Source: Candidatus Aminicenantales bacterium
GTDB lineage: Bacteria > Acidobacteriota > Aminicenantia > Aminicenantales > Saccharicenantaceae
Reading direction: 5' to 3'
Assembly: GCA_049512315.1 (NCBI GenBank)
Contig: JBEKXF010000001.1
Span: forward strand, 137,340 to 201,339
Length of the DNA stretch: 64,000 bases
The translations under genes were made by a program, and so were the position numbers. Position 1 is the first letter of the stretch. Each line of letters opens with the position of its first letter. Below are positions 60,561 to 64,000 of the stretch, one piece after another. The notes under the pieces are model-generated. The model was not told where the DNA came from. It ran no database searches and saw only the letters and a program-made list of their open reading frames with translations.

Positions 60561-62511
60561 TTCTTTCCTTCAAGAGGATCTCGAGTCTTTCCCTTTTTTT
60601 CCCGGCCAGAGAGAGGGACCACAACGGCATGAAGCTGAAACCCTGGTGTATTATATCAAATCCCTCCTCGGATTGGGAGAGTGTCTCGAGGGGCATCGTC
60701 CAGAGTTCCACTGGGTTTTGCGGCTCCAGGGCGAGCCGCCCCCCGTAAAGGATGACCCAGCCGCGGCGGTGGAACTCGACCTCCTCGGGGAAGGCCAGGA
60801 AGTTCCATTCCGAACCGAAGCGAAGCCGGAGGCTCCTCTCGGAAAGGTTCTCGACGTCGTAGACAACCCTGATCAGGCTTGATCCGGGCTCGATCCGTTT
60901 TCGGACGAGGACCGGGAGCCGTTCCCCGTCCACCCAAACCCATCCCCTTCTCTCGAGCTCGAGGCCGCCGTCTCGGACCGAAGCCTCGTACGGCTGGTTG
61001 ACGAAATCCCCCTGCTCGCCGTAGTTGACTTTTCGGAAGTCCTCCTCCGTGGAATCGGCATGAATGAAGTGGTCGAGGAGCGAGTAGCGGGGATGCCAGT
61101 CGTAGCGCATGAGATCCTTGGCCCGGGGCGGCAGTTTTTTCTCGATCTCGTGGATGCTCTTCCCTTCGTCGGACTCCTCGCCGCGCGGGAAATGGTAAGA
61201 CTCGGGCCGGCGGGAGAGGACATCGGAGAGATTCCTGGCCCAGGGCACATGGTCGACCTCGACCAGGCCGCCTCCGAAGGACGGCTTAACGAGAAGGTTG
61301 AACGTCTCCCCGCGCCAGAAGAGCTCCTCCCGGCCGTCGAGGTCGTAATCGAGAGTCGCCCAGTCCCCGGGACGCGGGGTCCGTTTCTCTGCCTCGAGAA
61401 GATGATGGTAGACGGCCTCCCGGAGGTGAGGGAGATAGAGGCCCCCGAAAACGCCGTGCCAGTACGGGTCATTACATTGGCCCCGGTAGAGCTCGCGCAG
61501 AGCCTCCGCATCCCCGGGCGCGCCGTGGACCTCCCGGGAGATCATGATCATCCTCTTGTGGAGGTGGTTGCTCTCGACATATTTCAGGAAGAAATCCCGG
61601 AAGAAGCCGCCCCGGAGGAATCGCCGGCTGGCCTCAGGAATCATGGCCCGGATCTCTTCATAAGCGCGGGATTCGGCCGGCTCGAGGACCCATTCCATCA
61701 TCTCCTCGTAGGAGGCGGGAGGTAGGTAGGCTCGCCCGGCCGGCGGGAAGGCGTCCAGGTATTCCGAGCAGGTCATCATCCGGATGCCCCGGTCCTCGAC
61801 GAAGGCCAGGAACTTTTCGAGCCAGCCGTCGTCATAAACCCATTTCTTCGTCCCGGGCCAGACCCCGAACTTCTCTCCGTCATCGCCCAGGATGGCCGTT
61901 CCGCCCGAGGACTGGATCCCCCTGAGGTACTCCTCGACCTTATCGAGGGAATGGAAGGGGATCATGTAACGGAGCTTCTTGTCGATGGGGAAAATCCGCA
62001 GGGGCCGGCCCTCGTCCTCGGTGAGATACGTGGTATAGAGGTTCCGGACGCCGGCATAGTGGAAGTGCTCTTCGTCGAGCAGGGTGTACTCGATCCCCGC
62101 CGCGGCGATCGACTTCGGCAGTTGGGGCTCCCAGACCCGCTCCGTCAGCCAGAGACCGCGAGGCGTCTGGCCGAAGTTCGCCGCGATGAAGTCGTTCATC
62201 AGCCGGACCTGCCCGACACGGTCCTCCTCCGGGATGATGGACAGGATGGGCTCGTAAAAGCCCCCGCTGAGAAGCTCGATTTGGCCGCGGCCGGCCATGG
62301 CCTTCACCAGGTCCCAGCTCGCCCGCTCCTTTTTTTCCATGTGTTCCCAGAGCGGGCCGGAAAAATGGAGAGAGAACTTGAACCCGGGGTGTTTTTCGAG
62401 ATGCTCGAGGAACGGACGGTAGCAATCCTTGAAGGCCCTGTCCACGACGCGTTCGAAATTGCCGACCGGCTGATGGTTGTGGACGGCGAAGAGAAAACGG
62501 AGTTCCTTCAT
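60550..62511 (-). CDS. GH57-family glycoside hydrolase (alpha-amylase / 4-alpha-glucanotransferase-like)
   Basis: N-terminal FAVHNHQPVGNF GH57 motif. 653 aa. Start at MKELRFLF. Confidence 0.75.
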   Translation of the reverse strand: MKELRFLFAVHNHQPVGNFERVVDRAFKDCYRPFLEHLEKHPGFKFSLHFSGPLWEHMEKKERASWDLVKAMAGRGQIELLSGGFYEPILSIIPEEDRVGQVRLMNDFIAANFGQTPRGLWLTERVWEPQLPKSIAAAGIEYTLLDEEHFHYAGVRNLYTTYLTEDEGRPLRIFPIDKKLRYMIPFHSLDKVEEYLRGIQSSGGTAILGDDGEKFGVWPGTKKWVYDDGWLEKFLAFVEDRGIRMMTCSEYLDAFPPAGRAYLPPASYEEMMEWVLEPAESRAYEEIRAMIPEASRRFLRGGFFRDFFLKYVESNHLHKRMIMISREVHGAPGDAEALRELYRGQCNDPYWHGVFGGLYLPHLREAVYHHLLEAEKRTPRPGDWATLDYDLDGREELFWRGETFNLLVKPSFGGGLVEVDHVPWARNLSDVLSRRPESYHFPRGEESDEGKSIHEIEKKLPPRAKDLMRYDWHPRYSLLDHFIHADSTEEDFRKVNYGEQGDFVNQPYEASVRDGGLELERRGWVWVDGERLPVLVRKRIEPGSSLIRVVYDVENLSERSLRLRFGSEWNFLAFPEEVEFHRRGWVILYGGRLALEPQNPVELWTMPLETLSQSEEGFDIIHQGFSFMPLWSLSLAGKKRERLEILLKERNGR

Positions 62512-62632
62512 GAGGGCTCCTTGGTCCCCGCGACCCTGTGGGCCTTTCGGAGGCAGGCTCGGAAGAGCTCGTCGAAGACCTCTTTGCCGTTGTCGGGCTG
62601 GCGGAGGTGCCAGACGAACGAAAGGTCCATGT

Positions 62633-64000
62633 TCAGATCCCCACCTGGGCCAGGACATAGGCTAAGGTCGCGAGGATGATCGCCTGGATCTCGAGCTCCC
62701 GGGGATGGACTCTCGAAAGGACATCGAGGGCCGAATGATGGACGTCGAAATATGGCTGGGCGTTCCGGATGACGGCGACCGGCACGGCCCCCTGCTTGAC
62801 AAGAGGCCCGACGTCCACCCCGCCGCCTCCGGGGCCGATGCTCGTGATCCCCAGCGGCCGGAAAAGGTCAGCGCAGGCTCGGAGCCGGCGCAGGACTCTT
62901 CCGCCTGTCCTGTCGGCCGCGATCCCGACCGGAAGGAAGCCGCCCCTGTCGGATTCCATGGCGACCAGGTGTCTTTCGCCCTTTCTCTGGGAAGCGAAGA
63001 CGTAGAACCGGCCGCCCGTTCCGCCGAACTCCTCGTCCATGAAGAGCACGGCCCGGATGGTCCGCTTCGGCCGGAGCCCGAGGTCCTTGAGCAGGCGAAG
63101 CGCCTCCAGGCTGGCGGCGCAGCCGGCCCCGTCATCGTGGGCCCCCGTGCCGAGGTCCCAGCTGTCCAGATGTCCGCCGACGAGGATGATGTCATGAGGG
63201 GATTCCGAGCCCGTGATCTCGCCGACGACATTGGCGGATGGAACTGGAGGAAGGTTTTCGCAGCTCATCTTGAGAAAAACGGAGACCGATTTTCCGTTTT
63301 TCAAAAGAGCGCTCAGCGTTTCGGCGCCGGTGGTGCTGACCGCGGCTGCCGGGATCTTCGGGACATCGGAGGAATAACTCATCACGCCGGTATGCGGCTC
63401 ATCATCGATACGGAAGGTCAACGACCGGACCAGGACGGCCGCCGCGCCCAGCCGGGCCGCGTGGACCGCCCCGCTGACCCTCTGGTCGGCGGCCCCGCCA
63501 TAGGCCGCGAAGGGGTCGACCTGCGTCCTGTCCATGGGCCTGTTGAAAAAAACGAGCTTCCCTCTGGCCCCGGTCCCGAGACGATCGAGCTCCTCAAAGG
63601 ACCTGACTTCGACCACAGGGGCCGTGATCCCCGACCCGGGCGTCCCGATGCTTCCCCCGAGCGCCGTGACCGATAGGGAGATCGCCCCGGGCTCGCCCGA
63701 ACAGATGATCTTGGCTTCTTCCTTGGCCCCCCTGACCCACCGGTTGACGGTGATGGGTTCCAGGTGGACATTGTCGAAGCCCATCCCCTCCATCATCTTC
63801 CGGGTCAGGTCGACCGCCGCGGCCGCTTCCGGCGAGGCCGTCAGCCGGGGGCCGACGTCCGTGATCCGGCGCAGGAACTCGTAGGCCTTTTCATCCGTCA
63901 ACCCCATCTTGCGGATCTTGTCCGCGACCATTCCGTAATGGGAAAGAGACTGGTCCCTGGCGCAAGAGATCATGGCCAGGCCAAAAACGAGGCCGGCGAG
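62633..64000 (-). CDS. M28-family zinc peptidase with PA domain (N-terminus beyond window end)
   Basis: Zn ligands HLDSW...DDGAG...MDEEFGG. The frame is open to nt 64000, where the translation LAGLVFGLA indicates a signal peptide. Confidence 0.75.
   Translation of the reverse strand, partial: LAGLVFGLAMISCARDQSLSHYGMVADKIRKMGLTDEKAYEFLRRITDVGPRLTASPEAAAAVDLTRKMMEGMGFDNVHLEPITVNRWVRGAKEEAKIICSGEPGAISLSVTALGGSIGTPGSGITAPVVEVRSFEELDRLGTGARGKLVFFNRPMDRTQVDPFAAYGGAADQRVSGAVHAARLGAAAVLVRSLTFRIDDEPHTGVMSYSSDVPKIPAAAVSTTGAETLSALLKNGKSVSVFLKMSCENLPPVPSANVVGEITGSESPHDIILVGGHLDSWDLGTGAHDDGAGCAASLEALRLLKDLGLRPKRTIRAVLFMDEEFGGTGGRFYVFASQRKGERHLVAMESDRGGFLPVGIAADRTGGRVLRRLRACADLFRPLGITSIGPGGGGVDVGPLVKQGAVPVAVIRNAQPYFDVHHSALDVLSRVHPRELEIQAIILATLAYVLAQVGI

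Overview
This window is a 64 kb, GC-rich (about 65 %) stretch of bacterial chromosome, densely coding on both strands and mostly housekeeping. No CRISPR array, integrase, transposase or obvious phage gene is visible. Features in order:

- **Phosphate module:** 3' end of pstB, phoU, a secreted MBL-fold hydrolase, and a PhoB/PhoR-like two-component pair.
- **Sulfur module:** a compact DsrM-like / DsrK-like / DsrC-like gene set behind a consensus sigma70 promoter, facing a class V cysteine desulfurase.
- **Housekeeping:** folK, a YraN-type endonuclease and cysS, with an apparently leaderless promoter for cysS.
- **Saccharopine pathway:** a split lysine-ketoglutarate reductase and saccharopine dehydrogenase pair.
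- **Heat-shock operon:** hrcA-grpE-dnaK-dnaJ, in which the DnaK lacks the C-terminal helical lid. No CIRCE element is seen upstream.
- **Central block:** a short RsmE, a Hanks kinase with a zinc ribbon, ilvE, pilT, alaS, a lytic transglycosylase, a lipid kinase, small membrane proteins and a trypsin-like protease fused to TPR repeats.
- **tRNA-Leu(UAG), then tig, lon and rho** with an intrinsic terminator.
- **Lower-GC block:** parB-parA on the minus strand, flanked on both sides by AT-rich non-coding DNA. The larger flank (about 890 bp) carries two short perfect inverted repeats.
- **Corrinoid methyltransferase operon:** an APC permease, a RACo-type reductive activase, a homocysteine-type S-methyltransferase domain protein, a B12-binding corrinoid protein and a non-pyrrolysine MttB-family methyltransferase. 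I consider this the most unusual system in the window.
- **Secreted hydrolases and others:** a beta-CASP RNase, membrane proteins, an M1 and an M28 peptidase, an alpha/beta hydrolase, an rRNA methyltransferase and a NUDIX hydrolase.
- **Glycogen cluster:** glgA, galT-like, glgC and two GH57 enzymes, with a GAF histidine kinase and a CheY-like receiver embedded in it.

All calls rest on motif and domain recognition by eye from the translated ORFs. No database search was run.
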